The translations under genes and the position numbers were made by a program. Below are positions 54,421 through 64,000 of a DNA stretch of 64,000 bases, in pieces. The DNA comes from Gemmatimonadota bacterium (GTDB lineage Bacteria > Gemmatimonadota > Gemmatimonadetes > Gemmatimonadales > GWC2-71-9), in the NCBI GenBank assembly GCA_036679605.1, contig JAZDCZ010000398.1:1-64000 (forward strand), given 5' to 3'. The notes below the pieces were generated by a model. It was not told where the DNA came from, made no database searches, and saw nothing but the letters and a program-made list of their open reading frames with translations. Every line of letters starts with the position of its first letter. The first letter of the stretch is position 1.

Positions 54421-55266
54421 GTGCTACCAGACACACTCGGCGTAATCGGACTGGGAGCGATCGGTGGTTCCGTAGCCTGGCAGGCAGCTCGATCAGGGGT
54501 GAAGCGCATAGTGGGGTTCTCTCCGGTGCCAAGAGAGGGTACCTCGGCAATCAGGGTGGGTGCCGTGACGGAAATCGTGGCGGATGCCAATAGAGTTGTC
54601 GAAGCGTCCGACCTGACTGTTATTGCCGCCCCGGCCCAGGCGACTCTGGGACTCCTTGATGAATTGGCAAGTGTGCTCACCTCTCGTGCGGGATACTGCA
54701 CAGATGTGTCGAGCGTGAAGGCCCCGGTGGTGGAGATGGCGGGAAAGCTGGGGCTCGCCGCACGATTTGCCGGGTCACATCCACTGGCGGGCACACACGA
54801 AAGCGGGTTTTCGGCCGCCACGTCAGATCTTTTCCACGGCAAGGTGATATATGTGACTCCAATCCCGGGAGGCGAAGTCGCGGCCAGGGAAGTTGCAGAT
54901 TTTTGGGAGCGAGTGATGAGCGCAACAGTAGTCACGGTGGACGCAAGTGATCACGACGTTGCTTTGGCCTGGACTAGTCATCTGCCTCAGGTCGTAGCAT
55001 CGGCACTTGCAGCTGCGTTGTCCAACAAGGGTCCGCGTGGAGCTGCCGTTGGTTCGGGAGCGCGCTCTACCACGAGGCTGGCCGCAAGCAACGTGGAGAT
55101 GTGGACCGACATCCTCCTACTCAACAAGAACAACGTGCTTGGTGCGCTGGACGGAATGGATCAGGAGATCCAAGAACTTCGGAGGGCGATTTCCAGTGAT
55201 GATGCGGATACCATAGGATCGTGGTTGGAGGCCGGTCGTAAGTGGCGCGCACATCTCGACGCGTGA
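54421..55266 (+). CDS. tyrA: Prephenate/arogenate dehydrogenase
   Basis: GLGAIGGS, TDVSSVK, GSHPLAG, HD..LAWTSHLP, TTRLAAS..EMW.DI. Confidence 0.9.
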   Translation: MLPDTLGVIGLGAIGGSVAWQAARSGVKRIVGFSPVPREGTSAIRVGAVTEIVADANRVVEASDLTVIAAPAQATLGLLDELASVLTSRAGYCTDVSSVKAPVVEMAGKLGLAARFAGSHPLAGTHESGFSAATSDLFHGKVIYVTPIPGGEVAAREVADFWERVMSATVVTVDASDHDVALAWTSHLPQVVASALAAALSNKGPRGAAVGSGARSTTRLAASNVEMWTDILLLNKNNVLGALDGMDQEIQELRRAISSDDADTIGSWLEAGRKWRAHLDA

Positions 55267-56534
55267 AAGTCGGAGGAGTAATCCGGCCACCCGGCGACAA
55301 GAGTATTACTCACAGAGCACTTATTGTCTCTGCACTGACGCACTCATCCGTAAGTATCACTGGCTCACTCGACTCAGCTGACGCACGACGCACCGCTGTC
55401 GTTCTACGGCAACTCGGAGCTGAGATAGATTCTTTCGAGCGGGGCCGTGCTGTGCAGGTCCGTGGTAGACAGTGGACCGCCCCCTCTTCCACACTTGACT
55501 GTGGTAATTCCGGCACCACAGCCCGCCTCATGCTGGGAGCGCTAGCCGGTCACGATTTCAGAGCCCGGCTGACCGGCGATTCTTCGTTGCGTCGTCGGCC
55601 CATGCTCAGGGTTACCGAACCGCTCGCAGCGATGGGCGCATCCATCAGCGATCGAGATGGTGACGGAATGCCTATCGATATCCAGGGCGGCAAGCTGCGT
55701 TCGATCAGCTACGAGAGTCCAGTGGCAAGCGCGCAGGTCAAGAGCGCTATTCTACTCGCTGGTCTCACTGGCGGAGTGCCGGTGACAGTGATCGAGCCGG
55801 TGCGATCCCGTGATCACACCGAGCGCCTGTTCAAGTTCCTGGGTTTCGATATTCGTGTAGAAGGTACGACAGTTAGGCTGCATGGCGCGACGGAGAACTG
55901 GCCCCAGATCGCGAGCTTCGATTTGACGATCCCGGGTGATCCTTCGTCTGCAGCTTTTCTGGTTGGTGCAGCTGTGTTGGCGGAGCACGGCGAATTGCTC
56001 ATCGAGTGTGTTGGAGTGAATCCGACGCGCACTGGATTTCTCGCCGTGCTGCAGAGGATGGGGGCGCAGGTCGAGCAACTCAACCTACGTGAGATGGCTG
56101 GCGAGCCGGTCGCCGATCTCATGGTAAAGTCGCATCCGTTGACAGGTACGGAGATAGTGGCGGATGAAATACCTAGCCTGATAGACGAGATACCGTTGCT
56201 CGCTGCATTGGCAGCACGTGCTCACGGTGAGACCACTTTCCGGTCTGTTGGCGAGCTTCGCGTGAAAGAAAGCGACAGGCTCGCGCTCATTACCGAGAAT
56301 CTCAGGGCAATAGGGGGGACGGCCGAGATTCAGGGTGAGGATTTAGTTGTGGTTGGTTCGCGTCAGCCGTTGAGGGGCAGGGTGGAGACAGCAGGAGACC
56401 ATCGACTCACGATGAGCTTTGCAGTCCTAGGCACGACCCCGGCGTCAGATATCGAACTTTCGGAGAGTGAATCAGCTGGAGTGAGCTACCCAAACTTTTT
56501 CTCTGACTTGGACCGGTTGTTCACCGATGCCTAG
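55263..56534 (+). CDS. aroA: 3-phosphoshikimate 1-carboxyvinyltransferase (EPSP synthase)
   Basis: PGDKSITHRA, GNSGTTARL, ASAQVKSA, RDHTER, ELRVKESDR, GDHR. Confidence 0.95.
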   Translation: MKVGGVIRPPGDKSITHRALIVSALTHSSVSITGSLDSADARRTAVVLRQLGAEIDSFERGRAVQVRGRQWTAPSSTLDCGNSGTTARLMLGALAGHDFRARLTGDSSLRRRPMLRVTEPLAAMGASISDRDGDGMPIDIQGGKLRSISYESPVASAQVKSAILLAGLTGGVPVTVIEPVRSRDHTERLFKFLGFDIRVEGTTVRLHGATENWPQIASFDLTIPGDPSSAAFLVGAAVLAEHGELLIECVGVNPTRTGFLAVLQRMGAQVEQLNLREMAGEPVADLMVKSHPLTGTEIVADEIPSLIDEIPLLAALAARAHGETTFRSVGELRVKESDRLALITENLRAIGGTAEIQGEDLVVVGSRQPLRGRVETAGDHRLTMSFAVLGTTPASDIELSESESAGVSYPNFFSDLDRLFTDA

Positions 56535-57201
56535 TCGGGTCATCGCGATAGATGGTCCGGCGGGCGCGGGGAAATCGACCACCGCACGTGCCGTGGCCGA
56601 GCAATTGGGTATGTGCCATCTAGATAGTGGGGCTCTGTATAGAGCCCTAACCCTAGCTGACCTGGATGCGGAGGACGAACTGTCGGGCCAGCAGATAGTT
56701 GGGTTGGCCCGGTCACTGCCGGTCGGACTACGCCTTACAGAGCTTGGGTTTCTACCGGAGGTTGCCGGTGTGGATGTATCCAATGAGGTTCGCTCTCCTC
56801 GGGTGACGGCACGAGTGTCCGAAGTATCGGCTATTCCGGAGGTACGTGATTGGGTAAACCAGGCGCTGAGAGAGGCAGCGACCCTCCATCCCAACGGCGT
56901 CGTAGTCGACGGGCGCGACATAGGAACAGTGGTATTTCCGGAGGCTTCCCTCAAAGTGTTTCTCACGGCGGCTCCGGAGGAACGCGCGCGTCGTCGTTTG
57001 CTACAGGAAGGCAAGCCTATTGATCCCGCAAACGTTGCCGAGATCCTGGAGGAGCAGGAAGTGCGAGACGCGGCCGACTCCAGCCGGTCGGTTGCCCCCC
57101 TTGCGGCAGCTGCAGATGCCATCGTGATCGACACGTCTGCGATGACCTTTGAAGCGCAGGTCAATAGGATTGCCCAAGAAGCTCGGAAAGCGTTCTCCTA
57201 G
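56527..57201 (+). CDS. cmk: Cytidylate kinase
   Basis: IAIDGPAGAGKST, DSGALYRA, DGRDIGTVVFP. Confidence 0.95.
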   Translation: MPSRVIAIDGPAGAGKSTTARAVAEQLGMCHLDSGALYRALTLADLDAEDELSGQQIVGLARSLPVGLRLTELGFLPEVAGVDVSNEVRSPRVTARVSEVSAIPEVRDWVNQALREAATLHPNGVVVDGRDIGTVVFPEASLKVFLTAAPEERARRRLLQEGKPIDPANVAEILEEQEVRDAADSSRSVAPLAAAADAIVIDTSAMTFEAQVNRIAQEARKAFS

Positions 57202-57202
57202 C

Positions 57203-57231
57203 TTGACATAGGTATGGCCCCGCTCTATGCT
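57203..57231 (+). promoter_or_regulatory. Sigma70-type promoter for rpsA
   Basis: TTGACA-17 nt-TATGCT immediately after the cmk stop. Confidence 0.7.
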
Positions 57232-57304
57232 TCATGGCTTGTCGCCTTCCGCATGGGAAAGCGGCGTTTGGCTATTAACGGAGTGTTTTGGAACCACCAT
57301 TTAC

Positions 57305-59293
57305 ATGGCAGACGAGTCGCAAGAAACCACAACCGCTTCCAGTGCTGGACCATCCGTCCTAGCTGACGAGCCCACCTCCCTAGCTGACGAGCCCACCTCG
57401 CTTCGCATACGTCCGGATCTCTATGACGAGGACTACAGTGATGAAGAATATCAGCAGATGCTCGATTTGTACGAAGGTACGCTTCAGAGCATTGCCGAAG
57501 GCGAAATTGTCACTTCAAAGGTTCTCCGGGTTACAGACACACATGTAATTCTGGACGTCGGATTCAAATCTGAAGGTGCCGTTTCCATAGAGCAGTTCAA
57601 GTCACCCGAATCGATCAGTGCGGGAGACGAGGTCGAAGTATTCTTGGAGAAGCTGGAGGACGAAGACGGCGCGGTAGTGCTGTCCAAGAAGAAAGCCGAC
57701 TTCATGCGGGTCTGGGAAAAGATTCGGGAGGCGTACGAAGGCGACGAGGCGGTCAAGGGCAGTCTGCAGAAGAAAATTAAGGGTGGGGTAGTGGTAGACC
57801 TAATGGGGGTCGACGCGTTCTTACCGGGTAGTCAAATCGCTTTGCGGCGCGTTCCAAATCTCGACGAGCTGTTGGGTCAGGAGCTTGAGTTCAAAATTAT
57901 CAAGCTGAATAAGCGACGCCGTAACATCGTTGTCTCCCGCCGGGTCATTCTTGAGGCCGAGCGCGCTAACAAGCGCGAGGATCTGATCAAGGACCTCGAA
58001 GTCGGCCAGGTTCGTAAGGGCGGCGTGAAGAACATCACCGACTTTGGTGCGTTCATCGATCTTGGCGGTGTGGACGGTCTCCTACACATCACCGACATGA
58101 GTTATGGCCGAGTGTCGCATCCATCTGAGATCGTCGAGATGGGCCAGGACGTCGACGTAAAGATCCTCGACATCGACTGGGACAGGGAACGGATCTCCCT
58201 TGGACTCAAGCAGCTACAGGAATACCCCTGGGAGAATGTTGCCGAGAAGTACCCGGTGGGAGCACGGGTCCAGGGCAAGGTCGTAAGTATCACGAACTAC
58301 GGCGCTTTTGTGGAGCTAGAGCCGGGGATCGAAGGGTTGGTACACATCAGCGAGATGAGCTGGACACGCAACGTGCGCCATCCTTCGAAAATCGTGTCGA
58401 TTGGTGAGACGATCGAAGCTGTGGTCTTGAAGGTCGATTCGGGCGAAGAGAAGATATCTCTTGGAATGAAGCAGACTGAGCAAGATCCCTGGTTGGTTTT
58501 GCCGATGAAATATCCCCTCCAAACGCGAATCACTGGCAAAGTCCGCAATCTTACTTCGTTCGGCGCATTTGTCGAAATAGAACCCGGCATAGACGGCCTT
58601 ATCCACATTTCAGATATGTCGTGGACGAAGCGAGTCCAGCACCCGTCTGAAGTGTTAAAGAAGGCCGACTCTGTCGATGTGGTGATTCTAAACATCGACA
58701 CCGAGAACAAGAGAATATCCCTGGGGTTGAAGCAGGCCCAAGAAGATCCGTGGCTCAAGATCGGCGAAGACTACCCCGTTGGGACCGAGATGGACGGGCA
58801 TATTGTGCGGTTCCAAGAGGGAGGAGTGGTAGTGGATCTCGGCAACGACCTGGAGGGGTTTGTACCTGAAGCGCAGCTACCAATTCCAGAGGGAAAGTCT
58901 GTCGAGAGTTGTGTTCGTGCCGCGCAGGCCGCGTCGCTCAAGGTGATGGAAGTTGACCCCATACACCACCGCATCATGCTGGCCGTGACAGAGTTGGGCG
59001 AGTTGCCGGCCATCGAAGAGGCTGCAAGCATCCCCGCAATTCAGGGCGACGAGACGATTGGGGACGATTATGAAGCTGCTCTTGCCGAAGCAGCCGCCAT
59101 TGAAGAGACCCCAGACACAACAGCATCAGCCGTCGCCAAGGAAGAGGCTGAAGTTGAGGTGGCTGAAGTTGAGGTGGCTGAAGCGGAGGTGGCTAGCGTT
59201 GAAGGGGGCGAGGACGGAACTCCGGAACCAGTAGACTCCCAGACGCAGGACGCGCCGGAGGCAAAGCACGAGGTCGACGCGCGCCCGGAGTGA
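57305..59293 (+). CDS. rpsA: 30S ribosomal protein S1 with acidic N- and C-terminal extensions
   Basis: Repeated S1 domains (FGAFIDLGGVDGLLHI, YGAFVEL..GIEGLVHISE, FGAFVEI..GIDGLIHISD); follows cmk. Confidence 0.96.
   Translation: MADESQETTTASSAGPSVLADEPTSLADEPTSLRIRPDLYDEDYSDEEYQQMLDLYEGTLQSIAEGEIVTSKVLRVTDTHVILDVGFKSEGAVSIEQFKSPESISAGDEVEVFLEKLEDEDGAVVLSKKKADFMRVWEKIREAYEGDEAVKGSLQKKIKGGVVVDLMGVDAFLPGSQIALRRVPNLDELLGQELEFKIIKLNKRRRNIVVSRRVILEAERANKREDLIKDLEVGQVRKGGVKNITDFGAFIDLGGVDGLLHITDMSYGRVSHPSEIVEMGQDVDVKILDIDWDRERISLGLKQLQEYPWENVAEKYPVGARVQGKVVSITNYGAFVELEPGIEGLVHISEMSWTRNVRHPSKIVSIGETIEAVVLKVDSGEEKISLGMKQTEQDPWLVLPMKYPLQTRITGKVRNLTSFGAFVEIEPGIDGLIHISDMSWTKRVQHPSEVLKKADSVDVVILNIDTENKRISLGLKQAQEDPWLKIGEDYPVGTEMDGHIVRFQEGGVVVDLGNDLEGFVPEAQLPIPEGKSVESCVRAAQAASLKVMEVDPIHHRIMLAVTELGELPAIEEAASIPAIQGDETIGDDYEAALAEAAAIEETPDTTASAVAKEEAEVEVAEVEVAEAEVASVEGGEDGTPEPVDSQTQDAPEAKHEVDARPE
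57358..57399 (+). repeat. 21-bp perfect tandem duplication in rpsA (LADEPTS x2)
   Basis: CCTAGCTGACGAGCCCACCTC twice. Confidence 0.9.
59146..59194 (+). repeat. 15-bp tandem repeat in the rpsA tail (AEVEV x~3)
   Basis: GGCTGAAGTTGAGGT x2 + GGCTGAAGCGGAGGT + GGCT. Confidence 0.85.
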
Positions 59294-59347
59294 GGGACCG
59301 AGCGCGTTTGATTCAATAGATCCTATCCTCTCTCACCGTACCGGTCT

Positions 59348-60898
59348 GTGACGATCAAGAAAAAACTCGAGACATTTAACCAACTTTCCTCACAGGCGGA
59401 GTTGGGGGGCGGTACCGATCGCATCGAGCAGCAGCATGCGAAAGGCAAGCTCACGGCGCGCGAGCGTCTCGATCTATTGCTCGATGACGGGACGTTTGTA
59501 GAGCTTGACCGGTTTGTCACCCACCGTTCGACCGATTTCGGACTGGCCGACAACAAACCACTGGGCGATGGAGTGGTTACCGGATATGGACGGATCGATG
59601 GTCGGCTGGTTTACGTGTTCTCACAGGACTTCACCGTGTTTGGCGGATCTCTCGCGGAAGCTCACGCAGAGAAAATCTGCAAGATCATGGATCACGCTGT
59701 AAGAAACGGTGTTCCGCTCATTGGGCTAAACGATTCGGGCGGTGCGCGGATCCAGGAAGGCGTCGTGTCCCTAGGTGGCTACGCCGATATTTTCCTCCGC
59801 AACACAAAGATGTCCGGAGTCGTGCCGCAGATTAGCGCGATTTTGGGACCCTGCGCTGGGGGGGCTGTGTACAGCCCTGCTATCACCGATTTCGTTTTCA
59901 TGGTTCGTGGTATTTCCTACATGTTTGTCACGGGTCCGAACGTAGTAAAGACGGTGACGCACGAGAACTTGACAGCAGAGCAACTCGGCGGCTCGGACGT
60001 GCACGCATCGATTTCGGGCGTAGCGCACTTCGCTCACAATTCCGAAATCGAATGCATCAACGAAATACGCCGCCTACTTTCGTTCGTACCGAGCAACAAT
60101 TTGGACAGTCCGCCCGTCTCTGAATCCGATGATCCTGCCGAGAGGTGTGACGAAGCCCTATTGGAAATCGTACCCGACAATCCCACCAAGCCGTATGACA
60201 TGGGCGATGTTATAAGTCATGTCGTCGACGACGGTGATTTCTTGCAGGTACATCGCGACTTCGCAGCGAATATCATCGTGGGATTTGCGCGATTGGGGGG
60301 GCATCCTGTTGGGGTCGTTGCGAATCAGCCAGCTTTCCTAGCGGGAGTCTTGGATAGTAACGCGTCTCTGAAGGGCGCGAGATTCATTCGTTTCTGTGAT
60401 GCGTTCAATATTCCACTCATCACGTTCGAGGACGTGCCCGGATTTCTCCCGGGTGTGGAGCAGGAACACGGAGGCATCATCAAGCACGGAGCCAAGCTCC
60501 TTTTTGCGTATGCCGAGGCTACTGTTCCGAAACTGACCGTGATCACGCGCAAGGCCTACGGAGGAGCTTACGACGTGATGAGTTCGAAGCACGTGGGGGG
60601 TGACTTCAATGTTGGCTGGCCCAGCGCCGAGATAGCGGTAATGGGTCCAAAGGGGGCGGCGGAGATTCTATTCAAGCGGAAAATTGCGGCGGCGGATGAT
60701 CCCGAGGCCAAACTCGAGGAACTCGTCGTCGAATACAGAGATAAGTTTGCCGACCCATACCACGCCGCGTCCCGCGGTTTTCTGGACGACGTAATCGATC
60801 CGAGGCAAACGCGACCCCGTCTCATCTCAGCTCTGAAAACCCTTCTTACGAAGCGAGACGCGCACCCCCCGAAGAAGCATGGGAATATTCCCCTGTAA
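59348..60898 (+). CDS. pccB: Acyl-CoA carboxylase carboxyltransferase subunit (propionyl-CoA carboxylase beta-like)
   Basis: [56 protein letters not shown]. Confidence 0.93.
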   Translation: MTIKKKLETFNQLSSQAELGGGTDRIEQQHAKGKLTARERLDLLLDDGTFVELDRFVTHRSTDFGLADNKPLGDGVVTGYGRIDGRLVYVFSQDFTVFGGSLAEAHAEKICKIMDHAVRNGVPLIGLNDSGGARIQEGVVSLGGYADIFLRNTKMSGVVPQISAILGPCAGGAVYSPAITDFVFMVRGISYMFVTGPNVVKTVTHENLTAEQLGGSDVHASISGVAHFAHNSEIECINEIRRLLSFVPSNNLDSPPVSESDDPAERCDEALLEIVPDNPTKPYDMGDVISHVVDDGDFLQVHRDFAANIIVGFARLGGHPVGVVANQPAFLAGVLDSNASLKGARFIRFCDAFNIPLITFEDVPGFLPGVEQEHGGIIKHGAKLLFAYAEATVPKLTVITRKAYGGAYDVMSSKHVGGDFNVGWPSAEIAVMGPKGAAEILFKRKIAAADDPEAKLEELVVEYRDKFADPYHAASRGFLDDVIDPRQTRPRLISALKTLLTKRDAHPPKKHGNIPL

Positions 60899-60919
60899 GG
60901 AGTCACAGGTACGAGGTGT

Positions 60920-62443
60920 GTGTTGACTGAGTCTAACAAGCTGAGGCGCGTTCTCGTTGCGAACCGGGGGGAAATCGCGGTCAGAATCATCCGCGCCTGC
61001 CACGAAGAGGGATTGGAATCCGTGGCAGTTTACTCAGAGGCAGACAGGTCGAGTCTCCACGTCCAACTCGCGGATCAGGGCTTCGAACTTGGTCCAGCTC
61101 CGGCAGCTGAATCGTACCTCAACATCGAGCGGTTGCTAAAGGCGGCAGATGAAACGGGAGCAGATGCTATCCACCCCGGATACGGCTTCTTAGCCGAGAG
61201 CGCTGATTTTGCCGAAGCGGTGCACAGAGCCGGCCTAACCTTCGTCGGTCCTTCTGCGGACGCCTTGCGCATAATGGGCAACAAGACAGAGGCACGACTG
61301 CAGATGGCTCGGGCCGGCGTGCCGGTGGTACCAGGTTCTGCGGGACCGACCGGTACGGTGCACGAGGCGTTGGATGCTGCTAGCGAGATCGGGTATCCGG
61401 TGTTGCTGAAGGCAGTCGCGGGAGGCGGCGGCAGGGGCATGCGTAGCGTCGACTGCTCTGAGGATCTTGAGCGCGAGTTCGAGCGCGCTTCGTCGGAAGC
61501 CCGATCAGCGTTTGGCGACGGAGCCGTCTATGTGGAGCGGCTGATAGAGCGACCTCGCCATGTAGAGATCCAGGTGTTGGGAGATCGGTTTGGCAATGTC
61601 CTGCATTTGGGAGAGCGTGAGTGCTCCATTCAGCGACGCCATCAGAAATTGATAGAGGAATCCCCGTCGCCGGCGGTGGATATGGATCTACGAGCCGCCA
61701 TGGGTAGAACAGCGGTCAAGGCGGCAGTGTCAGTTGGCTACTGGAGTGCGGGAACCGTCGAATTTCTACTCACGCCCAATGGCGAATACTATTTCCTCGA
61801 GATGAATACGCGGCTGCAGGTAGAGCACCCAATCACTGAGATGGTGTATGGTGTTGACCTGGTCAGGGAGCAGTTGAGAGTAGCGGCGGGACTGCCCACC
61901 ACTTTGCCGGGTCGGCCGATGGTCCCCCGCGGCCATTCGATCGAATGTCGCATCACAGCAGAGGATCCATTCAACGGATTTCTTCCTGCGACCGGAGTTG
62001 TGGAGTACATGCGTGTCCCATCCGGTCCGGGAATCCGCTGGGACGGCGGCATCGATTCGGGTAGTGAGGTGAGTCCTTACTACGACTCACTGATTGGCAA
62101 GTTGGTGGTCTGGGCCGAGAATAGAGAAAACGCGATAGTCCGAATGCGCAGGGCTCTTGATGAACTCGTCATCGTTGGGCTTCCAACGTCACAGCCGTTT
62201 CATCGGCGAGTGATGTCAGAACCGGCATTTACGAAGGGCGACTACGACATCGAGTACCTCGACCGAGTGGGCAGCGACCTGCTTGCCGAACAACCCGCGG
62301 AGAGCGAACTCGAAACGGTCGCTATCGCAGCCGCTCTGTCAGAGCACGCGGCCCGGAACAGACGGGTTAGAGCAGCACCGAACCTGGCAGGTCATTGCGA
62401 TAGCCCCTGGTTGATAGCGGCGCGCCGCGGCGGGTTGCGATGA
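60920..62443 (+). CDS. accC: Biotin carboxylase subunit
   Basis: VANRGEIA, IHPGYGFLAE, GGGGRGM, RECSIQRRHQK, EMNTRLQVEH. Confidence 0.93.
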   Translation: MLTESNKLRRVLVANRGEIAVRIIRACHEEGLESVAVYSEADRSSLHVQLADQGFELGPAPAAESYLNIERLLKAADETGADAIHPGYGFLAESADFAEAVHRAGLTFVGPSADALRIMGNKTEARLQMARAGVPVVPGSAGPTGTVHEALDAASEIGYPVLLKAVAGGGGRGMRSVDCSEDLEREFERASSEARSAFGDGAVYVERLIERPRHVEIQVLGDRFGNVLHLGERECSIQRRHQKLIEESPSPAVDMDLRAAMGRTAVKAAVSVGYWSAGTVEFLLTPNGEYYFLEMNTRLQVEHPITEMVYGVDLVREQLRVAAGLPTTLPGRPMVPRGHSIECRITAEDPFNGFLPATGVVEYMRVPSGPGIRWDGGIDSGSEVSPYYDSLIGKLVVWAENRENAIVRMRRALDELVIVGLPTSQPFHRRVMSEPAFTKGDYDIEYLDRVGSDLLAEQPAESELETVAIAAALSEHAARNRRVRAAPNLAGHCDSPWLIAARRGGLR

Positions 62444-63684
62444 CCGCTACCGTCGAGATCGACAGGATCGCGGCGGGCGGTGACGGTGTCGGGCGGATGA
62501 GTGATGGACTGGTAGTGTTCGTCCCACGGACCGCGCCAGGCGACAAGGCTGAAGTAGAGTTGTTGACGCGAAATCGCAGCTTTGCCCGTGCAAGACTGCT
62601 CGGTCTTGCTTCGGAGGGTCCCGACCGTGTCGAACCGACATGTTCTCATTACCGGGTGGACAATTGCGGGGGCTGCCAACTTCAGCACCTCTCACCGGCA
62701 GCACAACTCGAAGTCAAGCGAGCGCTGGTGGGGGATGCTTTACGGCGCATAGGACACCGTGATGTTGCAGATCCATCAATCATCAGTGCATCTGAGCCGT
62801 GGCGTTATCGTTCGAAAATCACCCTATCAGTGTCGAATGGACATCTCGGACTGCACGTGCAGAATCGACCCGATCGCATTTTCGATTTGAAGGACTGTCT
62901 GATCGCCGGCGCACGGATTATGGAACTGTGGGCAGAATTGAGAAAACACGTCAGACTGTTTCCATCTGGCATGACTGGACTCGTGTTGCGGGAGGATCGA
63001 GAGGGCGGACTGCATGTCGTTTGTCTAGGCGGCGAGGCCGTGTGGAACGCGAACGATTTGGTGGCGGCGTTGCCCGATCCCGCCGTATCGATCTGGTGGC
63101 AGCCGGAGCGCGGTGTCCCCAGGGTGGTGGCAGGGAGACAGACGACTTTCCCTGCGGTTGCGTTCGAGCAAGTAAACATGGAATTGGCTGCACGAGTTCG
63201 GAGCGAAGCCGTTGATGGGCTGGGAGAGATTCGGGGCTCTGCGGTTTGGGACCTCTACTCTGGGGTGGGAGACGCCGGGGAGTCACTCGCAGATGCTGGA
63301 GCGCGGGTCTGGTGCGTAGACTCCGACCGGAGTGCGGTGCGGTGGGGAAAGAGACGCCATCGAACGGGGAGCGATGTACCGAGGTTGGGTAGCCTCACTC
63401 GGATTTGTGGACGAGTGGAGGATGAACTGGCTCGCCTTCCTGAGCCCGAGGCGGTAGTTGTCAATCCGCCGAGGACCGGGATGCACAGATCGGTGTCGCA
63501 GAAACTAGAACGATGGGCCGGAGCGAAGCGCGGTCGGTTGCTCTCCTACGTTTCCTGCGATCCGGCCACTCTTGCCCGCGATCTCAATCGCATGCCGTCA
63601 TTGGAGATCCGTTCTGTAAGGGCCTACGATCTCTTTCCACAGACCAGCCATGTCGAGACGCTTGTGGTTCTGGAGAGCAAGTGA
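62440..63684 (+). CDS. rlmD: RNA (uracil-5)-methyltransferase, RlmD/TrmA family with TRAM domain
   Basis: VFVPRTAPGD, C....CGGCQLQH, FEQVN, DLYSGVG, NPPRTG, YVSCDPATLARD, FPQTSHVE. Confidence 0.85.
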   Translation: MTATVEIDRIAAGGDGVGRMSDGLVVFVPRTAPGDKAEVELLTRNRSFARARLLGLASEGPDRVEPTCSHYRVDNCGGCQLQHLSPAAQLEVKRALVGDALRRIGHRDVADPSIISASEPWRYRSKITLSVSNGHLGLHVQNRPDRIFDLKDCLIAGARIMELWAELRKHVRLFPSGMTGLVLREDREGGLHVVCLGGEAVWNANDLVAALPDPAVSIWWQPERGVPRVVAGRQTTFPAVAFEQVNMELAARVRSEAVDGLGEIRGSAVWDLYSGVGDAGESLADAGARVWCVDSDRSAVRWGKRRHRTGSDVPRLGSLTRICGRVEDELARLPEPEAVVVNPPRTGMHRSVSQKLERWAGAKRGRLLSYVSCDPATLARDLNRMPSLEIRSVRAYDLFPQTSHVETLVVLESK

Positions 63685-64000
63685 AGTACACGGTTACTGT
63701 CGAGGGCAAGGTATTCGAGATCGAAATCGACGCAGAGCGTGTCCGTCTGGATGGGTGCGAGGTTTCGGCAAAGCTGATTGCGGCTCCTCGGCTCCCGATC
63801 CGGAGGCTGGTAATCGGAGATCAGTCGACCATTCTCACCATGAAACGCGAGCAGTCCGGTTGGTCTGTCTCAATGGTCGGAACTACCCGCTCTGTGACGG
63901 TTGAGGATGAACGTGCCCGTCGGCTTCGAGAGGTGGTGTCGGACGGTGAATCAGCAATAACAGGCGGTACTGTCAGAGCCCCGATGCCGGGATTGGTGCT
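63681..64000 (+). CDS. Biotin carboxyl carrier protein, partial (runs off the window end)
   Basis: GTG start: MKYTVTVEG...VEDERARRL...GTVRAPMPGLV; not in the ORF track. Confidence 0.85.
   Translation, partial: MKYTVTVEGKVFEIEIDAERVRLDGCEVSAKLIAAPRLPIRRLVIGDQSTILTMKREQSGWSVSMVGTTRSVTVEDERARRLREVVSDGESAITGGTVRAPMPGLV

Noticed and set aside
1..64000. CRISPR arrays, tRNA/rRNA genes, transposases, integrases, prophage genes
   Set aside because: None recognised by eye; tRNAscan, Infernal and CRISPR finders would be needed to exclude small or degenerate elements

Overview
GC-rich bacterial chromosome segment, most likely Gemmatimonadota (inferred from the 'RLxxALxxRYxIERELGxGGMA' Hanks kinase-TPR proteins and an 'RDSAGVRIVEN' beta-propeller lipoprotein). 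The right end is housekeeping: tyrA-aroA-cmk-rpsA, then carboxyltransferase, biotin carboxylase, an RlmD-like methyltransferase and BCCP. The middle carries exported peptidases and hydrolases, tryptophanase, a cytochrome P460-like lipoprotein, DUF1326/DUF2182, a two-component cluster, AmmeMemoRadiSam amrA/amrS, a class A PBP and an NSAR/OSBS-GNAT pair. There are two accessory or defence patches. The first (~0.76-2.95 kb) is an AT-richer three-gene cassette (two unknown ORFs plus HEPN) abutting a DUF4258 remnant and DUF2283; it is the best candidate for an undescribed system. The second (~19.6-24.2 kb) holds a MazEF-like TA, a reversed-order DUF2442-DUF4160 pair and a type IIG restriction-modification gene with a compositionally distinct specificity region. 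A second candidate system is the GNAT / NTT-HEAT-cNMP transporter / stand-alone cNMP domain / eukaryote-like GAMT neighbourhood (38.6-44.7 kb). Several small lesions are visible, including an 8-bp duplication that frameshifts a HEAT-cyclophilin gene, plus gene remnants. No rRNA, tRNA, CRISPR array, integrase or transposase was recognised. All family calls are by-eye motif recognition, not database searches.
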